DNA from: Diplonema japonicum
Taxonomy: Eukaryota > Protista > Euglenozoa: Diplonemea
NCBI GenBank assembly: GCA_964019335.1
Contig: OZ025667.1
Location: forward strand, 434,001-498,000
Direction of reading: 5' to 3'
Length of the DNA stretch: 64,000 bases
Position numbers and translations under genes: made by a program. Of this stretch, positions 43,592-53,516 are shown piece after piece; the first letter of the stretch is position 1; every line of letters starts with the position of its first letter. The notes under the pieces are model-generated. The model saw nothing but the letters and a program-made list of their open reading frames with translations, made no database searches and had not been told where the DNA came from.

Positions 43592-44850
43592 TGGGGTGGG
43601 GGTATTTTGACTATTTTTGGTCATCTGAGGCCATTCCAGCCCTTAAAAGTGGGAATAAGTGCTTTTCTTCCCCTTTAAATGCCATGGAAAAATAACTACC
43701 CTGTATTACCTTAGGAAAATCCCCAAAAAGCTGACCTGTGTGAAAAAAAACAGCAGTGAAAGCAGGAAGAGTGAGTGACAATTCAATTAGGTAACCACAG
43801 CTGGGAGACCTACCTAGACCTATTAAAAACACCTTAAAAACCCATTTCTGCAAACCAAAAAGTTCAGAAAGGTGTTTAGGTGGAATACACATCTCTAAAC
43901 TATATTCTGAAGTAAAAAGTAAGTAAAAATCCAAAAATTTCAGGGGGGCAACTCATTCTCATAACAACACTGGGAGGGTAAAAAAATAACTTTTTTTGAA
44001 CACCCAATTTGGTCCTGAAAATGGAATTCTGAACAGCAATCACATTGGCGGCCTCCCAGTTGTCCCTGCTGCCCCTCTCTAGGGCCTGCAGGTGGATGAT
44101 GGCTTGCTCAGTGAGGCAGACAAGTTGAGTTTCATTGATTGAGCTCCACTGGGTCTTGACAGCCAATGGCCATTACGATCTCCTGCAGGTCCTTGACCCA
44201 CATGCCTGCCTCCCAAGCATGGGGCCCAATGGTCAGATGCCTGTACTGCATGGTGATGTTGGCCACCACCATGGGGTGCTTGCCCGGCTCTAACCACACC
44301 CACTTCAATGGCTCTAAGGCTTGCAGACCCCATAGTGGTGGGGAGTCTGCTGAGTGTCAGGGTTGTCCTGTGGTGAGTCATCAGCACTTGGCTTGTTGCC
44401 CTCCGAGTCTGTGGAAGACTGTGAGGCTAGGTGTCTGTGCCTTCTGTTGTGGATTCTGGGGAGGTTGACCCTAGTCATACCCTCAGTGCTTGGCCCTTGA
44501 TCAGCTCAGTTGGCTGAGAGTTCCAGCTGATGTCCCAACCCAAGGTGTGAACTCTCCACCTGGTCCCTAACCGTGGGGAGCAGCTTAGAGATGGCCCTTT
44601 GAACAGCCTGCTCAACAAGCCAGTCAACCCTGGTTCTCTTAGGGGTTGCCTCACTCCAGCCTGGCATCACTCTTCACTGCTTTCACTGCTGTTTTTTTTC
44701 ACACAGGTCAGCTTTTTGGGGATTTTCCTAAGGTAATACAGGGTAGCTATTTCACCATGGCATTTAAAGGGGAAGTAAGGCACTTATTCCCACTTTTAAG
44801 GGCTGGAATGGCCTCAGATGGCCAAAAATAGTCAAAATACCCCCACCCCA
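43592..44850. mobile_element. Element bounded by ~185-bp inverted repeats enclosing a decayed GC-rich coding remnant
   Basis: 43592-43774 is the near-identical reverse complement of 44667-44850. The interior 44030-44660 is GC-rich with broken reading frames. Confidence 0.65.
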
Positions 44851-46376
44851 CAGTGTTGTTACAGGAAAAAACCCAGGGGGGTGGGGGGGCAGGGCAGTGT
44901 TGTTACGGGAAAAAACCTGGGGGTGTGGTCACCTAATCGAATTTTTTTTCTCTTCAAGGAATCAACTTTCTTCCAAAAATTTAAGATTCATATCATTCTA
45001 GCACCTTATAACTCACTTTTCAGGAAACACACAATTTCACACACATTTATTCTTTAGTTTTTTTCTGAACCTATTTAATTTTTAAACCTAATAAAGAGTA
45101 AATCTCCTAATCAAAACTTTTTAGTCCCAGTGTTGCCAAAATGGGTTGAAAATTAAAGTACCCAGCTGTGGTTACTTAATCAAAAAAGAATTTAATAGCC
45201 CATTTAACCTATGTATTCAAACCTTTTACCTCTTACTTGCTTTTTTTTTTTTCTTGGAATTTATTTCACTTTTTTGGTTCTTTGCCCAGCAATAGCAGTT
45301 GGTCTTTCTTCTTGGCTGCAATCTCCTTCACCTCCAGTGCTTTGCCAACAATAGCAGTGTGTCAGTGGTGGCACCTTCTTCACCTCAATCCTGGGACCTT
45401 TCAACCCTAATATTGCCAGCCATGCCCCCATTCCACCCAAGGTAGGCTATCAGGTAGTCTTTTCTGACAGATTTTCTGGTTCTATTGGGGTGTTTTGTTG
45501 GGTTAGGTTATTTTTTAAAACAACCTGCCAATAAAGTACAGTAAAAACAGGGGGGGGAAATACAAAGAATGAGAAAGGTAAGTTATAAAGGAAAGAAAAA
45601 TGACAGATGGACCATTACTAGGCCAAGTACAGGTGCCCTTTGTGAAAAAAATCTTATTTTCTGAGGTAAAATATCACTTTTCAGGTGTTTTTGACAATTT
45701 TTTTTGTGAGGAAAAAAATTCTTTGGGCCCTTTTTTTTTGACCCATGACCATCTCACTTTCACTATTAGCCTCATTAAGGTCTAGAATAGGTATTTTTGA
45801 GGGAAAAAAAATTATTTTTTGAGAAAAAATCAATTTAAGGGTTTAAGGGTTTTTGGCCACTTTTTTTGGGAGGAAAAACAATTTTTTTGGACACCTTTTT
45901 TTTTTTTTTCCAGCACCCCATGCACCCAATAAAGTACAGTAAAAAAAGGGGGGTAAATACAAAGAATGAGAAGGGTAAGTCATAAAGGAGAGAAAACCAA
46001 CAGATAGACCATTATTAGGCCTGATATAGGTACCCTTATGGAAAAAAATCAATTTTTCTGAGGTAAAAAACCACTTTTCAGGTGTTTTTGACCACTTGTT
46101 CATGTGAAAAATAATTTTTTTTGGGCACCTTTTTTTTTGACCCCCCAAACATCTCACTTTCACCCCACTTCACTAAAAGCCTCTATTAAGGCCTAGGATA
46201 GGTACTTTTGAGAAAAAAAATCAATTTTTGGGTGTCTTTGACAACTTTTTTTGGGTGGAAAAAAATTTTTTTTGGACACTATAAAAAAATTTTTTTTTTG
46301 CCCCCCCACCCCCTGGATTTGCCCCCCAAAGTAAATGAAAATCTCAGGGGGGCAACCCATTCTCGTAACAACACTG
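44851..46376. mobile_element. hAT-like non-autonomous element with CAGTGTTGTTAC(G) termini and internal ~400-bp tandem duplication
   Basis: CAGTGTTGTTAC at 44851 and 44895, CGTAACAACACTG ending at 46376. Internal units start CCAATAAAGTACAGTAAAAA at 45528 and 45926. Confidence 0.6.
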
Positions 46377-46542
46377 GTTGGTCAGTCCCATCCCATCCCC
46401 TAAAACGGAATACAGGCCTGGATGGGACTCATGGGACTCACAGGACTCATGGGACTCTCCCCAACACTTGTCATTATTTTTGATAGTTTTGCAACTTTTT
46501 TTTTTTTTTTTTTTTTTTTCCCTTTCAACCATGGGCCTTTGG

Positions 46543-46576
<34 letters not shown>

Positions 46577-47308
46577 TGGAAAAAAAAAAGAGAAAAAAAT
46601 CCTTGATTTTTTTTTGACATACATGATGTGTTTACCTTTTTTTTTTTTTTTTTTTTTTTTTTTCCTTCTTTTTTTCTTGTCTTCTCACATTTTTTCACAC
46701 ACCTAAGCCAAGCTGTTGTTTCTGCTTTCCACATCAAATGTTGTATTTGGATGTAATAGAAAAGGGGGGAAATAATAAATAATATGTACAAGAGGGGGGT
46801 ATGTTTATACAACCTGTGTAAACAGATCGGTTCCTTGCTTTCAGCACCATGCCCCTAATGTGCAATGTACAGCTCAACCCCTGCATTGCACTGCCTGTTT
46901 GTTGCACATATTTTCATGTTTTCCCCCCCCCACCTGAAAATAATAGAAAGGAGATAAATATATGAGTTAAAGGAGGCTGGTGTTGGCAGCACCCTGCACA
47001 AGAACTGTCTACTTGATTACAGGGGGTGCACCACAGCCGAGTTGTAGCTTCTTCTGCATTCTGTGTCATTTCCTTAATCACCATGGCCAGGATGTAGCTT
47101 CTTCTGCATTCCACATCATGCCCTTAATCAGTGTTGTTATGAGCAGTGTTGTTACGAGAATGGGTTGCCCCCCTGAGATTTTCAGGGGGGCATGGGGGGG
47201 CAAATCAGGGGGGTGGGGGGGGCAGGGGGGCAAAAAAATTTTTTTTTATAGTGTCCAAAAAATTTTTTTTTCCACCCAAAAAAAGTTGTCAAAGACACCC
47301 AAAAATTG
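46222..47308. repeat. ~160-bp inverted pair (two ends of the CAGTGTTGTTACG element facing each other)
   Basis: 46222-46376 is the reverse complement of 47144-47308. A third, shorter end lies at 43935-43972. Confidence 0.8.
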
Positions 47309-48353
47309 GATGAAGTAAAAAAAAATTCAATTAGGAAACCATGGCTAGGACCCCTATTTCTAGAGGGATCGACTTCTTTAAGGGTGATTTTTACCCCCCT
47401 TTTTTTTTCTAGGTTTTAAGTTTTAGCTATTCCTATGTCAATTTCACCCATTTTCCCTGTGCAGCATAGTGGTACATGTTATAACACGTGTTATAACACA
47501 TGCTGTGTTGTGCACCCTGTGTTGCATACATTGTGTGGAACATCAGGTATGTGAAATATGATGTAAAATATGTCACACACCACATGGTGTGGTCGAAAAT
47601 TCACAGTGTTGGGATGGTTTGTGGGCCAGACCTGCCAGACCCCTCAGACCCCTCAGACCAGTCGTTTTTTTACCAGGTTCCAGACTGGTCTGGTCCAGAC
47701 CCCTCAGACCCCTACTGTCCACCTGAGCACCCTCAAAACCGACTTTTTTGAATTTTTTAAAAATCATTGAATCAATTTTTGTGAATGAAAAAGGGGTTGT
47801 GAAAATTTAAGCCACTTGGAAAACTCTTGTTTTTATTTTCTTTCCCTTTCTTTCACTTTTGAACCTAAAGGTTTAAAAAAAGATTTTCAAGTCCCCAGGT
47901 CCCAGGGACCTTGCCAACAGGAGGTGCCATGTGAAGGCAATGAGTTGGTTTTCCTTTCCGATCCTAAATATAATAGCCACTTATTCAATAGTCTAAAGCA
48001 GCCAATCTGACATCAGGTTCAAGTGCTGAGTAGATCACCTATCAGGTTGTTGACATGTGGTGAAGTGATTGTGGGGAGGATGTGGTGCTGGGATAAGTCA
48101 CTAATCCAAAGAGGGTGAGAGTCCTGTACATCCAGCAAGCCATTGTCTGTATCTTCACTGTTTGCAAGCCACGTTCTGTATGGATGGAGTTTAGAGGGTC
48201 TCTTGTGTGATAGTGACATTATAGATGCAGACTTTGACTCACATTGCTAAAGTGCTATCTTGACATGTGTGTATTTCTCACAACCAATACCATTTCATTT
48301 CATCAGAAACTGCACGCCTTTTACATCAACTATCATACAATAGTAAAGCTCAA

Positions 48354-49448
48354 ATGAAATGGTCGATGTTATTAATGTTCCTGGCATTTTGCTTACTTGC
48401 TAGTGCTGAGGAATCATGTATAAATAATGAGCTTGAAAGTCGGCTTGTAGTGCAGTACCCAGGGGAGGCTGGTGAAGAAGCAGTGGGAGATGAATTGCAG
48501 CGTGCCAGGCAGTATGCCTTAGCACTGCAGTACCACAAGCGTGTGCACAAGAGGGAAGGCACAGTACTGTCATTGATCTCAGTTGCAACTGACCTGAAAG
48601 GACTAGGGGAATACAACAAGGCTTTGGAGCTGCTGCAGCAGCTACCTCTGACTGTGCGCAGTGTAAGGCAGCTAGCTTTATTCCGAGCTTCTCTCTACGA
48701 CTGCAGCGGCAATCACAAAGCAGCCTACAATATCATGAAAAAGGTCCCTGACAAGGACCTCCATGAAAAGCTCACCGTTCTTGACTATCTTAGCAGAGTG
48801 AAGGCAAAGGGATATGCAGAGAAGCATGAGGCCTTACGATCAGAGATCATAAGGGAATATGAACTAGATGGAGACCAACTCGTGCCAAACTACATCAAGG
48901 GACTTGCAGCTTCACCTTCACACGACTGGCCAACAGAGTACCCTTTTATGGGATCTGCAGTGGAGATTATGAGACGCTACTCTTCAAGGTTATTCGCAGA
49001 ATTCCGACAGCTTGAGAAGAAGGGGCTCTTAGAAACAGACGAAGAATGCCTGTCGTCGGTGTGGAGAAGATACGAAGTCTCTCCTGGGTGGAGACGGATC
49101 GCAGATTGCAAGGAATCGCAAGCCGTGGTTGCTTGTAATATGCTGCAAGAGATAGCAGTTCTCAACACGATCAGAGTAATACGTGGAAGCTACAGCAGCA
49201 TAGAGCCAAATGCGCACATCGCACCGCACTATGGCTGGACGAACGGGCAGCTTAAATTTCACATCGGGCTTCGCATTCCTGGGCCATGTGCAAGCATCAG
49301 GGTACACGATAGGTACCTCAACTGGGTAGAGGGCGATGTGATTTTGATCGACGATTCCTTCAACCACGAAGCATGGAACAACTGCACAGAGACTCGCACC
49401 GTGTTCCAGGTTGTGGTACAACACCCTGATGTTGGCATGCCACACTGA
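48354..49448 (+). CDS. Secretory aspartyl/asparaginyl beta-hydroxylase-family 2OG-Fe dioxygenase with TPR-like region
   Basis: Signal peptide MKWSMLLMFLAFCLLASA. Motifs SSIEPNAHIAPHYG, LKFHIGL-x-IP, WVEGDVILIDDSFNHEAWN, R-x-VF. Confidence 0.88.
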   Translation: MKWSMLLMFLAFCLLASAEESCINNELESRLVVQYPGEAGEEAVGDELQRARQYALALQYHKRVHKREGTVLSLISVATDLKGLGEYNKALELLQQLPLTVRSVRQLALFRASLYDCSGNHKAAYNIMKKVPDKDLHEKLTVLDYLSRVKAKGYAEKHEALRSEIIREYELDGDQLVPNYIKGLAASPSHDWPTEYPFMGSAVEIMRRYSSRLFAEFRQLEKKGLLETDEECLSSVWRRYEVSPGWRRIADCKESQAVVACNMLQEIAVLNTIRVIRGSYSSIEPNAHIAPHYGWTNGQLKFHIGLRIPGPCASIRVHDRYLNWVEGDVILIDDSFNHEAWNNCTETRTVFQVVVQHPDVGMPH

Positions 49449-49517
49449 AGAGTTCTGGTTACCCACTTAGTATACCACCTTAATATTGCACAATAAAATA
49501 CCACCACCATAGGAGAC

Positions 49518-50195
49518 ATGGAAGTTCTGGTGCCTACCCCACTACGCGGGACGGCCTGTCATGAAGTAGGTGACTCGCTCTTGATGATGTTAGATACAAG
49601 TATACGTGAGGCTGTGGTGGGGATGTTAAGAACGAGAGAGCAAGAGATAGACATACTAAGGCAGGAAGTGGTAGAGTTACGGGGTGAACTGTCAGCGGTA
49701 AAGGAAGACAGGGACAACCAAAACGGTCGCGTTGGGAACACAATGGCGTCCTGGCTGTCGGAGAGCACGGCAACAAACAGGGTACTGATTGAGAAGAGCG
49801 AGCAACTGGAGAGGCAGATCGTGAATATGAATACAAACAGAAAGAGTTACGAAAAAGAAATGAAACACCTTGAGAACGACATAGTCCATCTGAGGTCGGA
49901 AAACCAACAACTCTTGAGCAGCATAGAGAACTACGTCACACAAAATGCACCATCCGACGTAACGCTGCTGGTGGCCGCTTACAAGTCACAACTCGAGGCG
50001 TCTATGTCCAAGATTCAGAATCTCCGGCAACATGTCACATCATTGAATCACGAGTGCAAGTCGCTTGATTCTGAGAACATAACGCTCTCCAACCTAATAT
50101 GCAAATCTAGAGACATATCTGGCATACCCCTTCCAAGTCTTGCCGACATACCCCCGGCCTCTCCACCAGAGCGGCACTGGGTTTTCGGTTTGTAA
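49518..50195 (+). CDS. Coiled-coil hypothetical protein
   Basis: 225-aa heptad-rich ORF after a CCATAG acceptor. Confidence 0.65.
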   Translation: MEVLVPTPLRGTACHEVGDSLLMMLDTSIREAVVGMLRTREQEIDILRQEVVELRGELSAVKEDRDNQNGRVGNTMASWLSESTATNRVLIEKSEQLERQIVNMNTNRKSYEKEMKHLENDIVHLRSENQQLLSSIENYVTQNAPSDVTLLVAAYKSQLEASMSKIQNLRQHVTSLNHECKSLDSENITLSNLICKSRDISGIPLPSLADIPPASPPERHWVFGL

Positions 50196-50302
50196 TCTGG
50201 TCTTTGTATTTACTATGTAGTTACCATCTTATAGAGCCCCCCCCCCTTTTATTTCTTTTTCCTTCCGGTCACCGCTGAATGCATTTTTTCACAGGAAGCA
50301 CC

Positions 50303-52897
50303 ATGAGGATCTCATTCCGTCTGCTCTCCATGCTGTTCAGCAGCTTGATGATTATAGTGACAAGTGTGGTTGTTGTCGCCATTCTTGTGAACAGTAGCAA
50401 CAACACTATCCAGTCTACAAAACAAGCAGGGTCCAGCGGAGTGAACGTGTGCCTGGATGGGGGCACAAAGAGCGTAAGCGACCTCACTTCTAAGCTTTTG
50501 AGCAGAATTGTGAAACAGGTTGCTATCCAGCTGTTGAGTGTGGTAGAGGCACCGCACAGACATGCACGGGATATGAAGAGCGTGCTAGAGTCATATGACG
50601 TAGATGAGATCGGTGACCCAACAACACTACGGCATGTAATCAAGCGGAACCTGCTGGGGAAATTAAAAGCATCAGTGTCTGTTGGGGTCTCTGTCATCGC
50701 GTTGCAGATGGAAGGGACCACTCCCAAGGCATATGCCACAGGACACGACCCACAACCGGCGGGGGATGGCAGGTGGGGCGGGATCACTGTCGTCATGGCA
50801 GAGGGTACCAACCAAAGCCTGTACTGCGCAGAGACATTCGACCGGAATGGCCACCACTACGGCCGCCCGACTGACATCGGGTTTGGTAGTGTGATTGACA
50901 GCAAGGGCACCGTTGACACCAGCTCTCCGTGCCGTGACATCCAGAACGGGAAGCTTACAACTGGTCTTTGCGTGTTCCCCGAGACGTACATCTTCAACTT
51001 TGGGATCAAGCAGGTCTATGCACGCTCCTTCGTCCAAGAGAAGAATGTAGTGCACATCTCACCAGCAGTCCCAACTGTGAATCACATAACTATATTCTCT
51101 TATTTAGAGCTATCAAACGTAAACATGAAGAACATCTTTAACAAGCAAGGTATCCTTGTTGTAGGCACCCGTCTGGAGCAGATCGTGTCTGTCTTCTCAT
51201 CCATCAACGCTTCTATACCAGACAACGCGGTGCTCTATGGCGTAGAGCAAAACCCATGGACAGGCGAGATCGCCACCATGATCGGCACTAATGTGGGCCC
51301 CGTTGTGAATAAAAGTGAAAACCCCGCTATCCCGTCAGTCGCTGCCGACATAAAGAACTACGAGCATCCGATCATCAGGGAGCACTACTTGCAAGTGATC
51401 AAGACAGAAGGCAATTACACATCACTTTCGCAGTCCCAGAGCCTGCAAGTCCTAGCCGTCTCTAATGACAACGGCACTGTTTCCTATTACGCGAAGATCG
51501 AAAAGATTGATTTCCACGAGCTCACGTGGTATGTGTCGCTCGTTGTACCACGCGAGTCTGTGATGGGTGAGATCGACGAGACAGTTGCCTCTGTGAAGGC
51601 ACAGTTTGCTAAAAGCAACGTCGAAGTCGACTCAGACAAGGAACGTGACTTTGCTGTCGCGTTGGGTGCTGTGTGCGGAGTGGTGTTGGCATCTGTAGCA
51701 GTTGCTGTGGTTGCTACCTCGAAGATTGTTGAACCGCTGCTGACGTTGGAGAACGAAATGAACGCGGTGGCTGACATGAAGCTTGAGGCGGTGGACGAGA
51801 CGAGTTCCATTTCTCGACTCAAAGAGATTGGCCAGATGCAGACCTCCTTCAAAAAGATGGTATATAACCTGCTGGAGTATCGCAACTATATGCCTCAGAG
51901 CGTGCTGTGCGAGACTTCCGACGACGAGATGACACAGATGAATAGCGGCGTGTGCAGCAACAGCGAGAGAACCAGCGCCGTGGACGACACCTCGACAGCC
52001 TTGTCGGGGTCCTTGGGCATGAGCAGATCAGCGGTGAGCCCGAGTGGGTACACGAAGAGCGACCAGCCTTATACCTATAGCAGTGCTCTGAAGCAGAATT
52101 CCGATCTGAAAAAGAAAAATGTCACCTTCGTTGCATTCAACGTCGTCGGCTTCCATGATGCAGTGCGCACCATGCACTCCGGGGACTGCCAGGTCTACCA
52201 CGCAGAGATCATACAACAACTGACCTTAGCGGTGAGCAGCTTCAAAGGAATGGCCGAAACCTTCTCTGGCGACAGACTGCTTGCCTCCTACAACGCTTTG
52301 CGACAGGTCTCCACACACAGGAACTCTGCTTGCTCTGCCGTGTGCTACTTCACTGCCAGTCTCAAGAAGTCTGTCATCACTCAATCGACGAACATCACTG
52401 CGGCAATAGCCTGTGGAGAGGCAAGGGTGGGGAACATGGGGTGTCAAGGGATGAAGAAATACGCGCTTCTATCAGAGACACTCTCATGGTGCTATGGCCT
52501 GGAGAGGTTTTCCCGCCACAAGATGGGGAGGGGCTGCGTCCTCGACGAGTCAGTGCAACACGAAGCGGAGCTGACATACGAATGCTGCATCGTTGGCGGG
52601 GTGACCTTCCCCAAGCTTCACGCTCACAGGACATTTATAATTTACAAACTGGGACACGCCAAAACAGCCAAAGACGAGGAGTGGATGTACCAGATGGAAG
52701 ACGCACGGGAGAACTCTATTTACGCCGCATGGAACACGACGCTGAAGTCTGCCTTCAAGCAAGACTGGGCCAAGGCACGTGTGAACCTTGCTGCTATCCC
52801 TCCTGCACAGCTGGAAGGCGATCTGAGTGATATGGTGAACATAAGAGAGTGGATTCGTACCGAGACCGTTGCCGCAACGGGACTCACTTATCATTAG
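50303..52897 (+). CDS. Receptor-type nucleotide cyclase-like protein (TM-extracellular-TM-HAMP-degenerate class III cyclase)
   Basis: Two TM helices, HAMP-like IVEPL..L..EM..VA.M...EIGQMQTSFKKMV, YRNYMPQSV, and cyclase-like VTFVAFNVVGFH, FSGDRLLASYN, GEARVGNMG. Confidence 0.8.
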   Translation: MRISFRLLSMLFSSLMIIVTSVVVVAILVNSSNNTIQSTKQAGSSGVNVCLDGGTKSVSDLTSKLLSRIVKQVAIQLLSVVEAPHRHARDMKSVLESYDVDEIGDPTTLRHVIKRNLLGKLKASVSVGVSVIALQMEGTTPKAYATGHDPQPAGDGRWGGITVVMAEGTNQSLYCAETFDRNGHHYGRPTDIGFGSVIDSKGTVDTSSPCRDIQNGKLTTGLCVFPETYIFNFGIKQVYARSFVQEKNVVHISPAVPTVNHITIFSYLELSNVNMKNIFNKQGILVVGTRLEQIVSVFSSINASIPDNAVLYGVEQNPWTGEIATMIGTNVGPVVNKSENPAIPSVAADIKNYEHPIIREHYLQVIKTEGNYTSLSQSQSLQVLAVSNDNGTVSYYAKIEKIDFHELTWYVSLVVPRESVMGEIDETVASVKAQFAKSNVEVDSDKERDFAVALGAVCGVVLASVAVAVVATSKIVEPLLTLENEMNAVADMKLEAVDETSSISRLKEIGQMQTSFKKMVYNLLEYRNYMPQSVLCETSDDEMTQMNSGVCSNSERTSAVDDTSTALSGSLGMSRSAVSPSGYTKSDQPYTYSSALKQNSDLKKKNVTFVAFNVVGFHDAVRTMHSGDCQVYHAEIIQQLTLAVSSFKGMAETFSGDRLLASYNALRQVSTHRNSACSAVCYFTASLKKSVITQSTNITAAIACGEARVGNMGCQGMKKYALLSETLSWCYGLERFSRHKMGRGCVLDESVQHEAELTYECCIVGGVTFPKLHAHRTFIIYKLGHAKTAKDEEWMYQMEDARENSIYAAWNTTLKSAFKQDWAKARVNLAAIPPAQLEGDLSDMVNIREWIRTETVAATGLTYH

Positions 52898-53410
52898 CTT
52901 TACCCTTCCCCCCCTTTCCCTAGTTATCAATCCATATCCATGGATTATGGCAGCCTTCTGCCCCGCCATTCTGCCCTGCCTTGACCGGCAGTGTGCGACT
53001 CGAAAGAAAAATGCTGTTAAGCATTTACTAGCATACCATTCACATGTGGGACTTCTCTGTTTCTTTGTTCTCGGACTTTCAGATGACGCAACCCATCCGG
53101 CCTGCTTGCACCACACCAGTGCTGCATTATTAAAATAGGCTATGCAATAAACCACCTAGAAGGGAGAGAGAGGAAAAAAGGGGGAAATAGCACCCATTTT
53201 CTATTCTTTTTTCACTCCCCCCTTTTTACCCCCCCTAAGTGTAGCAATTGTCTCTTTTTTCTTCTTCTTTTCTTGGCGTCATGTGTTGGACGCAAAAGAA
53301 AGGACAAAAGAGACGATAACCCCTGAGTAGTTAATTTAAGTACTGGTGTTATCATTCGTGGCAATACCTGTTTCATTTCAGGAACTATTTGCTTAGGTAG
53401 GCACGCCACC

Positions 53411-53452
53411 GCGGTGGGCCGTTGCTAACCACTTCGTTTCCTATAGTGAATT
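53411..53452 (-). repeat. Dispersed ~40-nt motif A, copy 3
   Basis: Reverse complement reads AATTCACTATAGGAAACGAAGTGGTTAGCAACGGCCCACCGC. Confidence 0.75.
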
Positions 53453-53472
53453 TATTTTTGAACAAACAAGAT

Positions 53473-53516
<44 letters not shown>

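Larger units (their letters stand above)
41493..48353. other. Divergent strand-switch region between two directional gene clusters
   Basis: All supported CDSs to the left are on minus and all to the right are on plus. The interval has no intact gene and is repeat-rich. Confidence 0.85.

Noticed and set aside
47940-48260. Possible decayed retroelement coding fragment
   Set aside because: No RT, endonuclease or transposase motif is recognisable by eye.
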